NCBI RefSeq assembly: GCF_964204645.1
Contig: NC_134027.1
Span: forward strand, 26,064,560-26,128,559
Source of the DNA: Tubulanus polymorphus
Lineage: Eukaryota; Animalia; Nemertea
Reading direction: 5' to 3'
Length of the DNA stretch: 64,000 nt
Position 1 is the first letter of the stretch, and every line of letters starts with the position of its first letter. Of the stretch, positions 50,053-63,865 are shown piece by piece. The notes below the pieces were generated by a model. It was not told where the DNA came from. It searched no databases and saw nothing but the letters and a program-made list of their open reading frames with translations. A program made the position numbers and the translations under genes.

Positions 50053-52725
50053 GTGAGTTGTTAGTTAACACTTCCAAAACGTTCACGCATGTTAACAAAC
50101 CTATAAATGGTGGTTTTAATGCTCGATATTGACTGAACCCCTGCTAGGTATGATTGTTTTTGACTGTCCGGACTAAGTTCACCGGTTGTGACAAACACGC
50201 CTTTGTTCTCGCGTATTTCATTAGCGATCATCAGTCTGTACGTCTCTGCGTTCTAATGCGCGTGTAAGTAATAACGTTTTCTAAGTAAGCCGTACACAAT
50301 ATTACATACAAGGATTATAAGATTAGATCGGCCAGGTAGGAAACAAGCCAGATTATAAACTACTAGACTCGTTTATGATTCATATTACAACATCTTCAAC
50401 TATATCGTCATCGAGAATAGTTAGCATCATTTCCGCGGCCTTGGGCTTGAATTCTCCCCGATGACAGACATATTTTCTAATTATAAACATTTTTTTTCAC
50501 GAGGAGAGAATGCAATTAATATCAACTTCAATCAGTATTATTGTTTTTATACGGAAACTAGGCCAATTACTGGGATGTTAATTGGGATAGTTGTGCGTGT
50601 TTCGTTAGGGGTTCGTACTATGAAATAACCACGTCTTATATTAGTAATTAGTATAAATGTATCTGTATCTATTGCCGATTGCTGAAATCGAGATTTGGGT
50701 ATGATTTCGTACTGATATCAGATTTAACTCTAGTGACCTAGTCTAACTATAGAGGGTCCTTGTTGTCGAATGTCCTTAGATATTTAGAAACATGAATTTT
50801 AATAGTTATTTCTGAGAGGATGGATGTGTAGCATGTCCTCAATATATCGGGACTGGACTGGTTGCCGGTCAATTCAATTCAATTATCGATATATTCAAAT
50901 CCAAAATAACTTTATTGATAATATTACATAATATATATTATGATATTTATTGTTGATCATATTAAGCAATATATGAGCTATTTTTCGTAAAGCCGTCAAT
51001 AAACATTCAAGTTAGTTTTCTTCTCTTTTTTTCAATCTTATCACGAAAAATTTCAATTAACAATTGCTAATTACTAATTCAGCGTAGGGTGTGACATTTA
51101 ATGAATTTCGCTAATTGCTTCGAAACCAAATCAATAACGGGCGCCGCGCCACGCGCCGAAATCATCGTCGATTCTATTCCAGTCATTTCGTCGTCTAAAA
51201 CAAAGAAAATACACGAGTAATTAACCCTGTCGAGACCTCGCGTTAACGAGCTTTCAGCCGTTCGGTAATTAGATGACTAAAACGTTCGCCGGCGAAATCG
51301 TGCTAAGTAGCAACCGTAAGAATCGGGTGAAACCCTCTCGGCTCGGCGTCTGCTGCTCCGTGATGTTCGAACGAACGAACGAACGACGAATCTTTTCCTG
51401 CTGTTTGTAATTAACCCTAAAGGTTTACGCGCGTTCACCGCGACGCGAGTTAAAACATTAAAGTACCTGTATCTTAGTATCGTTAATTTGATATGCTACG
51501 GGGGACTTAATTCTTTTGGCTTGATCTTTCATTAACCGGGTCTTTGATGACGTTTCGACGCTTTGTCAGTCGACTTGTTAGACATGTTTTTATTTCTCTA
51601 ATGATGAGAATTATTTCAACGATGCCGTACTTGTGGACGTCCACATCGACTAGATAATCATTAGCGAGTTCATCCCGAGTCTTTCAAAATCAGCCCAATT
51701 AGTCGACGACTGTAGGTGAAGTTTCCATTCAACGATCCCCGTGAGGTTCAACTGCCTTTTTATTAATTATTCGGAATACGGATTTTTTCTTGGAAAAAAA
51801 AATGTGAAAGCAAAGGACGAAAAAAAAACCCCAGAAAAACAGTTCTTGCAGGAGTTTTAGAATGGAAGAGAATTGGGGGGAAAAATAGAAATACGTAATA
51901 CAGTTCTTTTATGATTCGAGTAAAATCGAGAATGCTTATTTTTTGCAAACCATAAGATCGAAAATTAAAATAGAAATATCCAGAAAAAACTTTCTTTGAA
52001 CATTTATGATGAATGCGAAGCTGAAGACTTAGAAAATGTTGATATGATAAAGATCCCCGGTAGCCGATCTGTACCTCGAGTATTAAAAGATGAATTTACC
52101 CATTTTTTCACCAGGGGGCAGCATCGAGGTTAGAATTAGGGCGCGGAAATTTGTAACTACCTTAGTCGCTTTAAGATGTTTGATTGATTCATGTAAGTCT
52201 AGCTTGATGGCGGGATTAGGATGTTTAAAATGCTCTGAAAATTGAAAAGCATTGACTGTGAAGTATCCATTGTCCCCTTGCGAGAAAAAAACCTTTGTTA
52301 AACAATGTCGACGAGGTCATACCGCGGCCAGTCCAATTAGAATTTGTTTTCCCTGAGGTGTTAGAAATAAACTTACACAATGCTTTCCGCATCTTTGGCA
52401 TAAAATCAGCAATGGTCATACAACGGGAAACTACCATTACTCATCGGTCTGAGACGTTTCTCACATTCCTATCATCTAAATCTTTGGGTGTTTTTTTTTC
52501 TATTATCGAGAACTTTTCAAAACAACGTCATCTTATTCGACAAAGACCGATTTTAACCGAATCGGCTGAATATCGAATGAATGCCTGCTCTGGTAATCAA
52601 CGGTTAAGCATTAATGATGAACACAATGCGGGTAGCATGATTAAAACAAAAGCGATCGTTAATTACTTCAATAATTAGCAGGCCTGATAAATGGTGTTAA
52701 TTGCTAGAGCACGAAATTATCCATA

Positions 52726-52733
<8 letters not shown>

Positions 52734-52817
<84 letters not shown>
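52734..52817. repeat. (TA)n microsatellite
   Basis: Direct observation. Confidence 0.97.
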
Positions 52818-52820
<3 letters not shown>

Positions 52821-53895
52821 CTTTGCTATCATCATCATCATCACTTCCCTGTGTATTGGATATAGAACTGCTCTGACTGTGATGATATATTGTGTGTTGT
52901 TTCATCAGGGATTACTGGTTGTTTTAATTTTCTAGAAACAAGAAGGAAACTGGGATTATTCTATCCATCAGATCCGCGTCTATCCTTTCGTAAGTTCCTC
53001 CTCCTCTATCTCTCTCTCTCTCTCTTCTTTCTCTCTCTCTCGCTCTCTCTCTCTCTCTTTAACCTTATTGTAGTTTTGTCCCTCTTACTGTTGTCGCGTG
53101 TGTAAAATACGATAATTCTCTTCTCGAGAATTTGAGGAACTCTCTCTCTCGATTGCAGCGATAATCGCTGTAAGCTGGCTTTATATAGTAGTGCATTTTG
53201 TTGTCCTGTTAGTCCTAGGCTTTCTACATGTTTAGTAGTAGTTCGTTAGTTCTCAAATACTAGTCACGTTCGTCTCCTATTCACGTATAGATGCAGTAAG
53301 CATCGCAATAAAGCGAACTGTAGCACCTATCTATCTACAAATTCGCTTTTGTAAACTTTCTTCTTCAATGAGATAAAAAAAATCAGTATCATATAGTTAT
53401 CATTAAATTGAATGAGGTTTGTCATATCGAAGGGTTATGACTCATTTCCTAGCCTAGTTTATTTCTGTGATAGTGACACCCGTCGTCACCTTGATTAAAC
53501 TTCATATTTCAGTCGCGCGCTAAACGTCGCGATTCGCCAACGATCGATTTCTCGCTCGCGCCGTATTTTCGGATATCAATTTTTCCGTGGAACTTTCAAG
53601 AATGTTTTACTTTCGCGCGTGAAAAACGTCGTCGAGTTCATCGCCGCCAGTGACAGAAATTCATACCGAAATATATTGTTATGACGAAAAAAAACGCATT
53701 GAAATTAGCGTCTGGTTTTCGGCCGCGGGCGATTTTAAACCGTTCAACGAATTGATTGTGATTTGTTATTGTTTTGTTGTGTCGTATTTGATTCCCGCCT
53801 GCGGGCTCGAATTAAAACTCCGCATCGACGCATAAACTTCTATTCGACATCAAAAAATTAGTTATATATATACGCGATTTAATCGATAATTCTCG

Positions 53896-53932
<37 letters not shown>

Positions 53933-54439
53933 TATGTGTGTCCATATTAGATTTAATGAGTTGTATATCGCTGATTTTTTGTCGTCGTTACTTTGATAAC
54001 GTACGAGGGTGTCACCCGGTTAAGAACTTCGGCGTTAGGTGTTTTTATCGCGGCCATTTTTAAAATTGGGTGGAGACGATTTATCTCTGTTTATGAACGG
54101 ATATTATCGGCTCGTTAAGCCGATCTTGTGTCTGATGAAACTTTATTTCTCACCGTCAGCGTACTTATAAAAAATCTCTGTTGGACCGCAGTTCCACAGA
54201 TGAGTTAGGCCCGCAAATTTAGAAGTTGGTCGATGAAGGTAAAAGCTCAATCAGTTAACTGAAGCAGCCAAAAATAGAAACCCTAATCAGTCTTTAGCTG
54301 GTTCAGGCTCGATAGATGATTGTTTACATGAACCAGTATCAAAATTTGCAGTTATGTACTTTAAACTAAAACTTCTGAAAATTTGACAGACCGTCCAAAT
54401 ATAGCGGTACTTGAATTCGCGATTTCAAAACTTCCAGTT

Positions 54440-54600
54440 TGTGATGGGCAGGTGTGGTGGGTCTGTTAGCGCCACCAAATAGAAAAAAAAAACGAACGAA
54501 GGAATTTTACCAACAATCCAACTATATCTGAACTCTTGATTTCCGATTTCAAGATCAAACTCGTTTCATTCTTGGTAGGCGCGAAAAATCAAAACGAATT
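54440..54600. repeat. Dispersed repeat family B (reverse orientation)
   Basis: ggcaggtgtggtgggtctgt...caactatatctgaactcttgatttccgatttcaa. Confidence 0.55.
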
Positions 54601-56100
54601 CAACAAATTAAGCGAAAGGAACGCTTTTCCATTTCGAGATCGATAATCCGTTCGAATTCCAATTTAGAACTGGGTCAAGTCTGATTACCGAGCAGCAGAA
54701 GCCATTACTGAAAAATAACACGCCGTAATTGTTACGAAACAAAAGAGACGAAATGTTCGATGTTGAATAATTCATTTTCGATAGCATGATGGCCGCCGTC
54801 GTCGTGCGTTAGCCGGGCAAAAAAACAATAAAATTACTCGCGCGCTCACGAAAAATATGCTCGGAGCTCATTTCTGCAGCGATACGAGGTCATTATATTT
54901 GTATGATATTGTCACCAGTAATTAGTACAGTGCATGATAAATTGTACATTTGGTATTTCGTGTATTCATTAATTTCGACACCTAATGGAAGAATCGAACC
55001 CTCCGGGAACGTCTCGACTGCGAGGAAAAAAATTCACAGATTAAGCTTCCTGAGTGGTAATTAACAAGGGGCATAGGGCGAGAATAATTTGTGTTTGTGT
55101 GTGTGTGTGTGTGCGCGATGCTGCTTAGAAAATATTCGCATAATAAAGTAACGTGATATTTATGGAGTTTTTTATTTCGGTATGAGATAAGCTCTCGATA
55201 AGCCGCGCGTGATCAACCCATCCGGCGTCGAGGATGCGTGTGTGGTCTTATATCGAAAAAAAGGGTTTTTTTGGAAAAAGCTATTTCCTCGAATGGAAAA
55301 TCTTGAAGAATTGTTATATTAGAAGAGCTAATTCTTTGAATGACCTGACTAGAATTTACGAGCTATTCGAGCTTTCGAAGCTATTTCTTGAAACGACCAA
55401 ACCTGACCAGAATTTATGAGTTATCGAAGCTATTTCTTGGAATGACCAAAATTTTAGGACCTAGGGAGCTATGAAAAATGTTGAAAATCTTGAAAAATTG
55501 GCTTAAAAAAAATGCTATTACTTTGAATGAACTGACCAGAATTTCTTGGAATGACCAGAATTTTGCGACCTGTCAAAAATGTTCGTGTCGTTTGAAACAT
55601 TAGATTTTCGAATGTAATGCCGTCTATAATGGGTCGACTGTAAATTGTTAGTGAGACAATTTGTGAACCTATTAGCCGCGCGAAAGCAATCAAATAGCTG
55701 CCGGGAATACCGAACTAAATGGAACCTCGGGCACGGCTAATTCCAACCAGATAGAAAATGCATTTTGTCATTTGAAATGAGTAATTAATTCAACGGTAGA
55801 AGAATCGAATCGACCCTGCCGCACAACTCACTGTAAACTGTAATTCAGTAAAATGCCACGGCGCGTGATTGACTGAAAGAAACACTGATGATGAGTTGTA
55901 ATTAGGTGAGAATTCCAGTTGTACCGGCTGCCATTTCATGCAGAAACATTGTAACGATTGCTGATGAGTCGATATCAGTTACTGAGAGCCTCGTGTCGCA
56001 ACCCGCGCGCGATACTAGCGCAAAAATGACTCGATGTTCGTTTTTTAAGAGCTTCGAGGTTTGCGATTAATTTTCTGTTTTGTTTCTTAGTGAGCAAAAT

Positions 56101-56312
56101 CAGGGTCGGTGCCCGCTTATCTGCAAACAAGTCAGCAAAAAGTCCGGAAATTTTCTTTAAAAAAAGTCAGGGAGATTTGTTGAGATTGCTAGATCGCACG
56201 TTAAATTAAACAGTTTCTGTCTGTGTCTTCTTGAATTCTTAGCAGTTCAAGCCACCGAAAAACGATACCTGTCAGAAAAAAAGGCTAATATGTAAAAGTA
56301 CTGGCCACCCTG
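56101..56312. mobile_element. hAT-like MITE (CAGGGT...GGCCACCCTG), apparent 5-bp TSD AAAAT
   Basis: Ends cagggt / accctg; interior gttgagattgct..atcgc..aacagtttctgtct shared with ~59272-59533. Confidence 0.62.
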
Positions 56313-57449
56313 AAAATAGAATGTATAAATAATGTTATTCTATCGATGCTCGTAGAAAACATGTGGATCCTCCCGGTGAACTTGAAGGACACGGCGTCCT
56401 TCACTGACGAGAACTTAGATCCGATGTAGCACAGGTAACAAGTCTATAAGGAGTATGAAGAAACTTGTAGTTTTTAAGGCAAAAAAGATATTCCCCAAGC
56501 GGTAGATGAACTCGAGTCGAAGAGCTCCGACTCTTCAGCTATAGCGACTACGCGCAAACAACATTCGCCGTAACCTATAAGATGCTATTGCACGAGTCCT
56601 GCAAATGATCATTATGAAATAAAGTTCAAAATGGCAATTAAATATTTCGGATTTCAAAGAGCCATCGATAAAACGTCGAAAACTGAACTGAAGTCTCGAG
56701 TCATCGCACGAAAACACGATCAAATTCTACCGTTCGAATTTCTTATGTTTCATCGCAAATTAGCGCCACGGCGAAGAATCAAATACGCTTAATAAGTGCA
56801 TCATCCAGAATTCAATCCGATTTGAAGAGATCTCGGGTTCGGCGCGAGAGTCAAGAGACGTCAGACAAAGACTCGGAAAAAAAAACCCAGCAGAAATCAT
56901 ATCTGTATTTCGTGAAATTCGAACACGACAATTCGAAGTCCCTGAAGTCGGTGATAGCAGTCGTAGCAGTTTGATACACTCCTGCGTCGTCGCCGTTAAT
57001 AACTAGATTAATATTGACTATTATTTCATGGATTAATACGCTGACAAATCCCATGGTTGTTTTAAAGAAAAGTCGCGTATTGTTCTTGACGGTAACGCGA
57101 ACTTAATCTGCCGACGCGTGGCTCCGGTTCAATTCAATAGATACTTCGCGTAAGTATCATTTTTCGCGGCGACGATTTGGGACTGTCGGGTGAAAGAAAA
57201 ACGAACGAGCTTCGAAATTCAAACGGTTCTCTTGACTTTTGTCGTCGGTTTTGCATAATGTATACGAATTTCAGCGACAGTTTTTTTTCGTCGCGAGAAT
57301 TCAAAACTAGAAGAAAGAGACAAAAGACCCGAAATATCACAAGTTCGGATTTGTCAATTTGCACAATTGGATTTTGAGTTTTAAACGATATTTCCATGTG
57401 TAACTAGTAATGCTATATCGGAAGTAAGTCAACAACTTATGAAGCTGAG

Positions 57450-58850
57450 CTCAGACCTGACGACGACTACGTTTTGAGAGTAGCTTTTATCAAACTTCTC
57501 CCAAAAATTTCAAAACACCCTCAAAATCGTACATTTGTTTGTCGTTGGTTGGCAATACGTTTTTGTGAAATTCTACGATGAACTTCATACCCAAAACACA
57601 TGATGTGAAGGGCTAAATCTCAAGGAACGCAGGGACCTGACTATGACTACTATTTGAAAGTAGAAGACCTCATTTACTAAGAAAAATATAAAATAACCTC
57701 AAAATCAGTTCATTTTCAATGAACCTACTATATTTGATATCAAATTGCTCTAAATTCTGGCAAAAACTACGACAATTAGAGAGATATGATGAGAGTAGTG
57801 CGGTCTGTGCGGTCTGGCTATATGTAGAGATATCTACGAGACACGGCACCTCTATCTCTCCATGGCATCTATGGCAGCAATCTGTTTTAATTGTTTGCGC
57901 AAATATTAATCACTTAACGATGACAAAGCTAGAGTTAATTAACGAGTGATATTTACAGTACTGATCAGGCATCGTTAAATGCTCTGCGTGCTAACAGTCG
58001 TTTAATAGTTCTTCGGCGGCTCCGGTTGTATCCCTCGGCCGATGCTACTGATTCACTCGCCGGATAGCTAGAATCTCTCTCCCCCCCCAAAAAAAGAGCT
58101 CCCTAGAATAGAAATAGTGAATTTAGTAGTAGAATGAATGATTACAAGTGATTACTGCAGTGACAGTGTGATTACCGTGTGATTACAGCGTGTTCCCTAA
58201 TTCACCAGTGATCCGTCATTTACATACTGGTCATCTCTAAGTCTAATTAAATGAGATTTTGATGAGAGAACCCATTTTGCTTTGGTTCTAATTAGTCATT
58301 AAACGCGTAGTCGTTAGCCGCGCACACTCTCACGCGAACCAATGGACCATAGCTACTAGCTACACGACTACAGTCTGCCACAGCTCATAGCCACTGCTCA
58401 TAGCCACGTAGAAACTTCAAGCTAAAACATAGGATAGAACTTGAATAAACGTTTGTCTGAAAGAGATTTCAATAAGATTGAAACCCATTGCATAGACTCT
58501 TGTTAGATTAATGAAATTCATTTATCGAGATTTGAAATCAATGGGTGAAAGATGCAACATTTCAGACTCAGAGACCTTCATCAGGAATGTCATACACTTC
58601 AGTCCTTGTTCGGCAACAAGTTTTTCTTAAATTCTCCGACCAATTTGATATCCTAAATTACAATATAGTGAAGGGTGAAAGCTCAATAGAAACACAGGGA
58701 CCTGACTATGACTACTTTAAAGAGCTCAACTTCTCCCAAAAATATCTAGATACTACCAAAATCAGAATAGTTTCTAGTTCATTTTCTATTGAACTACTAT
58801 TTTTGATATAAAATAACTCTCATTTTTTGGTGAAAACTTCTATAATTAGA
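57450..58850. repeat. Pair of diverged related repeats (~57450-57780 and ~58570-58850)
   Basis: Shared gtgaaggg...cagggacctgactatgactact, aacttctcccaaaaat, gttcattttc...aattaga. Confidence 0.6.
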
Positions 58851-59271
58851 GGTTTAGGGTATTGTAGGTGTCAGGTATAGTCTGGTGTGAACACATAATA
58901 TAGTGTAGTCTAGGGATAGTCTAGTCAGGCTTTCACCGGTTGTGACTAGTTGTTTAAGATGGTGCGCGAATAATTACTGAAATATCTTACAGACAGTGCA
59001 ATGTGACTGATTTAGCTGTCACAATTAATTACAAACGTCTGTGTTTAATGTTTGATGTAGCTGATGTAAAGTGTGGTTTGTGAATGTATTTGTGATGTGA
59101 CCGCTGTGTTTAACTGCCTATAATATACATATGTCGTCTCTCGAAAATAATTACCGCAACTTCTTCACACGTCGACGACATTCGTAATAATTAATTTCTT
59201 TCTTTTCTTTTTAACGCGAGACCGAAAATACTGATCTTACCTGGTCTATATCGAGATAGTTCATGCTCATC

Positions 59272-59533
59272 ACTAGGTTATCAGAGAAATCGGGGGGGGG
59301 GGGGGGGGGGGAATTCGGCTAATTTTCTTTTCTTCGAAAAAGACAGGGAAGTTAAAAGGCTAAAAAGGGAATAGTCAGGGAATTATGTTGAGATTGCTTG
59401 ATCGCGTATAGAACTAACAGTTTCTGTCTATGTCTTGCGTATTTGACTGTGTTAATTAGATTCTTCAGGTATAGTCAGGAAAACAAAGTACATGTCAAGA
59501 AAAAAAGCAAACAAAAGCTAAGCGGCTATCCTG
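59272..59533. mobile_element. Degenerate copy related to 56101-56312, contains a G20 run
   Basis: agtcagggaattatgttgagattgcttgatcgcg...aacagtttctgtctatgtctt. Confidence 0.55.
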
Positions 59534-60089
59534 ATGAGTTTTCTAGTCATGACTCAAGGTCGAAGACACATTTTTTATCCCTTCTTGTGCGACTTTAAAA
59601 ATATCTAGTCGATATTTTAGGGGTTCGATTTTTATGCAAAGTAAATTGAGATATTGAAGAGTTTCGAATAATGGGCCGAACGCCAATATATATATACTTC
59701 TTCACTCAGTCTTCGGTTATACTTGTATTTAGGTTAAATTAATAAAGCTCTTTGCCTTACAAATAATTCACACAATTATAATCAAACTTTTCCAAGTACC
59801 TCTTCATCCCAGTCCTCGCCCGCCCGCCCGGTGGAATGTCAAACAACGCATGACTTGACTTGATTTTTTAATATTATTTAACGAGCTCGAGTAACTATCA
59901 TCGTATAGTAATTTGATAATTAATTTAGCGGCCGGTTCGATGTTTGCTTATCTTACATTCGTCTCGTATTGTTTACGATTGTTTAATACGTAATTAGTTT
60001 ATAAAACGATTCATTATTTTCCTCGTCGATAACCTCTTGTACCCGGAGAACTGTCGGTCGAAAATACTTCCACAATCATTTGTCATTTG

Positions 60090-60379
60090 CAGGGGCGGAT
60101 CCAGGGGCATGTTGTGACCATGTCGACCATAAAAAACGGCATATATTCTTAATTTAGGGCCGAAAGGCATATCGGCAACATTTTTAAAATTTTACGATCA
60201 TTTTAGAGCTTTCTGATGCATTTAGTCAAGAAACATAGGTTATATATTTAGGAAAAATATCTATTATGTATCTCAGGTGGGTCCAACGGCAAATTTTGAT
60301 ACAGAGGAAAAATAAAAAGGCACTTTGGAATTCCGACCGTGTCGGGCGACCCGGTCGACACGGTCTGAATCCACCCCTG
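60090..60379. mobile_element. MITE with CAGGGGCGGATCCAG-type ends, apparent 5-bp TSD ATTTG
   Basis: ATTTG|CAGGGGCGGATCCAG...CTGAATCCACCCCTG|ATTTG. Confidence 0.72.
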
Positions 60380-61080
60380 ATTTGTCATCGTTATTTACCG
60401 ATGGTTTTTCCGATGAATTTGTCGTTTTTAAGAATTCTCTTCTTTTTACGTTCCGTTCGCGCCCTGATTCACCGGTTCGGCTCGCGCCCTGATTCACCGG
60501 GGTTGTGGTCGATTATTCTCGCTACACTCGAGGTTTTCTGCCGATATCCAGGAAACAATCGAGTCCGTATAAACTATTCATGTTAACCTGAATATTCCGT
60601 GATCTTATTTAATGTATAAATTCGAGTATGATATTTGAGCGCTTTTTAACAATACGAGCTCTCGGAGATTTCGAAATTGGGCGTAAATTAGTTTCCAAGA
60701 GGGATATCTTATACTCTATGGATTTCGCTTGATATAAAAAGTTTAGGGTAACATAGTAACATAGTTCAATCTCGTATTATAAGATTAAGATTATTTGTTA
60801 TTTGTTCTCTCATCAATTTCGTCTCTGACTTAACTTGTATTCACCTTTGTTTTAATTTAAGTGCCCCCTAGTTTGTCTTTCTTTTTACTACTGACTTTAA
60901 GTTTCATTTATATTAATACTCACTATTGTTGTTTATAATCACCCCTTAGTTTGCTTCCCTTTAATCTATTTTAGCGTGTAACTGTTTTTACGTTAATTTT
61001 CCTTTAGTTTGTATCATCTCTGATTACTTGAATTAGTCTCTTTGTCTCTGGGTTGTATATATATATATCTCATAATTTCT

Positions 61081-61143
61081 GTAGTATCTCATTATTCCTG
61101 AAGATGACTATTAAGATATAGTCGAAACGTTGAAATAAACTAC
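61081..61143 (+). ncRNA. Minimal type-I hammerhead ribozyme, intact core
   Basis: GTAGT-ATCTCA-TTATTC | CTGAAGA (61098-61104) | T | GACTAT-TAAGAT-ATAGTC (stem II) | GAAA | CG-T-T | GAAATAA-ACTAC. Stem I pairs TTATTC/GAA(A)TAA and GTAGT/ACTAC around a bulge; stem III is the palindrome AACGTT. Confidence 0.8.
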
Positions 61144-61311
61144 TATCTCGAAGTTTCATTTTCGGACTTTTTATTATCATTGTGGCGTGTGGCTATTTTA
61201 GCGTGTAACTGTTTCTACGTTAATTTTCCTTTAGTTTGTATCATCTCTGATTACTTGAATTAGTCTCTTTGTCTCTGGATTGTATATATATATATATATC
61301 TCATAATTTCT

Positions 61312-61374
61312 GTAGTATCTCATTATTCCCGAAGATGACTATTAGGATATAGTCGAAACGTTGAAATAAACTAC
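61312..61374 (+). ncRNA. Hammerhead motif copy 2 (core CCGAAGA, U4>C)
   Basis: Same fold as 61081-61143 but CTGAAGA reads CCGAAGA at 61329-61335; GAAA intact. Confidence 0.6.
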
Positions 61375-61392
61375 ACTAGCTCAAGGAATACA

Positions 61393-61444
61393 GCATTCCT
61401 GAAGATGACTATTAGGATATAGTCGAAACGTTGAAATAAACTAC
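61393..61444 (+). ncRNA. Hammerhead motif copy 3, intact core
   Basis: CATTC-CTGAAGA(61399-61405)-T-GACTAT-TAGGAT-ATAGTC-GAAA-CGTT-GAAAT; 70 nt downstream of copy 2. Confidence 0.72.
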
Positions 61445-62984
61445 TATCTCGAAGTTTCATTTTCGGACTTTTTATTATCATTGTGGGATTCTCTCCTCAT
61501 CGCGTCAACACGGATATAGTGTTCTACCAATCGTGATAGTTCAATCTCGTATATGTACCAGTATATAGGTTCTGTTATGTTGTGTAGTACGCGTTTTAAT
61601 GGTTTTATGTAAAACTCGCGCTCGGTACTTGAACGTCTAAAACTGGTTTCGCTATCTTGTTAAATTGTCTGATTACGGAGTGACTTAATAACGTTAATGT
61701 AGTCGCTTATCTGAAACTAAATTTGTATTCTTCAGTTCTAAACTCTGCCTCAATCTCAAGTGATACATCAGAACTGCCTGGCTTTGATCATTGATAATAT
61801 TAATGGACCCTGTGTGATGATTAACAGCAAACCTCGGTTATCTGATAGCGAAACAATTTCAGACTTTTTTCTCTCTCAACGAAAACTGTTTTTCATCTCT
61901 TGTGTTTTTCGTGTTTATAAAACAGTGACATAATAAGCGGGCAATCTGCTCATTCTTAAAGCTCGCATTTCTCCAAAATTATAAAAAAGTTAAAAGATTA
62001 GCTTTTCTGATAGAAGTTTCTCGGGATAAACAATAAATTGTCCTCGACTTACAGTGCTGACCTCATCTGTTATTGTAGGTGATTGAGTAGTTTGAATTAG
62101 TCAGGTCAGGTCCCCGGCGTTATGAGGCTGTTAGCTACTTTACAATCGGTTCTGATTTTCGTCGCGTTCAATTGATGTTGACATTTTAATTACCGCCGAT
62201 AAGTTTCTGCCGTAATCGACTTGAAAGCTCATCAGCTCGGATTAACCGGCATTAAAAACGAATAAAATTCCTGAATTTTCTCGAATCTGCATTTTCATTC
62301 CGAATACGAATGATTGGAGAGAGCCCGCCAGTGCAACTGTCTCTTAAAGAAACTGTTTAATTCCTTCACAAGACTAAGATTTCTTCTACTGGGTTTTGCT
62401 TTCTGAAAAAAAATCATTTCATAGTAAATATGACTAGGTCAGTATTTTGGTCTATAGGGATGACTTTTCTTTCACCTTTTATGAAATAGCTATAGATATA
62501 GCGTTTAATGAGAGGCTTCTTTTGGTACCTGGGGGTTTCTACACCTTAGACTTCGTGACAATAGATCGAAAATTCGAACAATTCCGGCTTCAGTCAGAAA
62601 ATTACATCTAATTTAACGATGAATGGGCCGGTCAATAGATTGAAATAGCAGACTTAATCATCTAGAAACAATGAGTACACCGTGGTCAAAATGTCACAAA
62701 TGAGCCTTGGTTATTGTGAGTTTGGGGGATGTCATTGTGATCAAGGTCCAACAAACTTGAATAGGGGAATTGTATTATCAAAAACAAGAGTCTAATCTTT
62801 GATAGCCTAGATGCGGGGATTGTTTCGTCGACAATAGTCCGAGATGAATAAGGGTATAAAGATGTTGGTATTGTTGCGTGGATTTCCTCTGTATTGTGGT
62901 AAAACAAAGCGATTTGTTTGATTGCGATCAGGGCTTTCATCACGTGTATATTAACTCAGACTGTGTTTTATTGTGTATTTGTAG

Positions 62985-63404
62985 GTGCCCCAGATAACTC
63001 GAATTCGGCGAGCGAACAGGTCCATGTATGTCCTTATTGCAACTATAGTAGCATTAGCGAACTACGAATACAGGCTCATATACACACTCAACACATGCAG
63101 ATGGGAGGCCGAGGATTCTTGTGTCCGCTATGTCAGGAAAAATACACCGAAAAACCCAAATTAGAGCGCCATCTGATGGCCGCGCATAACGTCAGCTCGG
63201 ACGCGGTACAACGATTGATGGTTATGGTCGATCAAACGGAACTCTTCAACAACGCGTCGAACCAGCAGCCGAAGTCGCCGGGTACGCCGACCGATAGCCC
63301 GGCGACGGCTGATTCTAACAATGTGCTGACCGAACCGGCTGAAAACGTCGATAACAGTTCCGATGTCTCGGATGCCGACGCTATAAGGATCAACCATGAT
63401 GAAG
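62985..63404 (+). CDS. ZFHX4: ZFHX3/4-like internal coding exon (420 nt) with two C2H2 fingers
   Basis: CPYCNYSSISELRIQAHIHTQH and CPLCQEKYTEKPKLERHLMAAHNV resemble the next ZFHX finger pair. Acceptor tatttgtag|, donor AAG|GTATGT, phase 1-1. Confidence 0.92.
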
Positions 63405-63787
63405 GTATGTACTTTCAAATATCGCCCGTAATTTTCATTTTCAAGTGGTCAAAGTTTGAAGTCCAGGAATTTAGGGGAATTGTTGATAATGAATAAATGA
63501 TACTAGTTCAGTTATAATAGCGATGTAGTCATCATACCGGTTAACCATTGAGGAAAAATTCTGTGTCCGTGTTGAGAGGATGATATAAAAAATCCACGCT
63601 GATGAAAAACAGAGTGCAAAATGTTTCTTTGAGCTTGTGGTTTATTCGACATATAAGGATTGTGTTTGATTAGGTGTGTCATATCTTTTCGCCTACACGA
63701 GATAATACAAGTCTTACATAAAATCCCGCATAAAAAATGAAATTATACGAGTCAGAAATATTTCCTCGAGCTATAGTGGTTTACCGA

Positions 63788-63865
63788 TTATTCCTGAAGA
63801 TGATTGTGAGGATATAGTCGAGGAAACATTTCGGACTCTACTTCTTCTTTAAGCGTGGGATTTGA
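63788..63865 (+). mobile_element. Degenerate, internally deleted fragment of the same HHR family
   Basis: ttattcctgaagatgattgtgaggatatagtcgaggaaacatttcggact...gtgggatt matches 61092-61125 and the downstream cattttcggact...gtgggatt. Confidence 0.65.

Larger units (their letters stand above)
60778..61535 (+). mobile_element. Non-autonomous Penelope-like/retrozyme-type insertion with tandem pseudo-LTR-like repeats and hammerhead motifs
   Basis: Flanked by the 17-bp direct repeat ATAGTTCAATCTCGTAT (60761-60777, 61536-61552). Internal direct repeat ~60966-61185 / ~61193-61486. Three HHR cores; no ORF. Confidence 0.8.

Noticed and set aside
51541-51585. Minus-strand GTCGAAACGTC resembling a Penelope HHR 3' half
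   Set aside because: No CUGANGA core at the appropriate position (reads CTAACAA); too degenerate to call.
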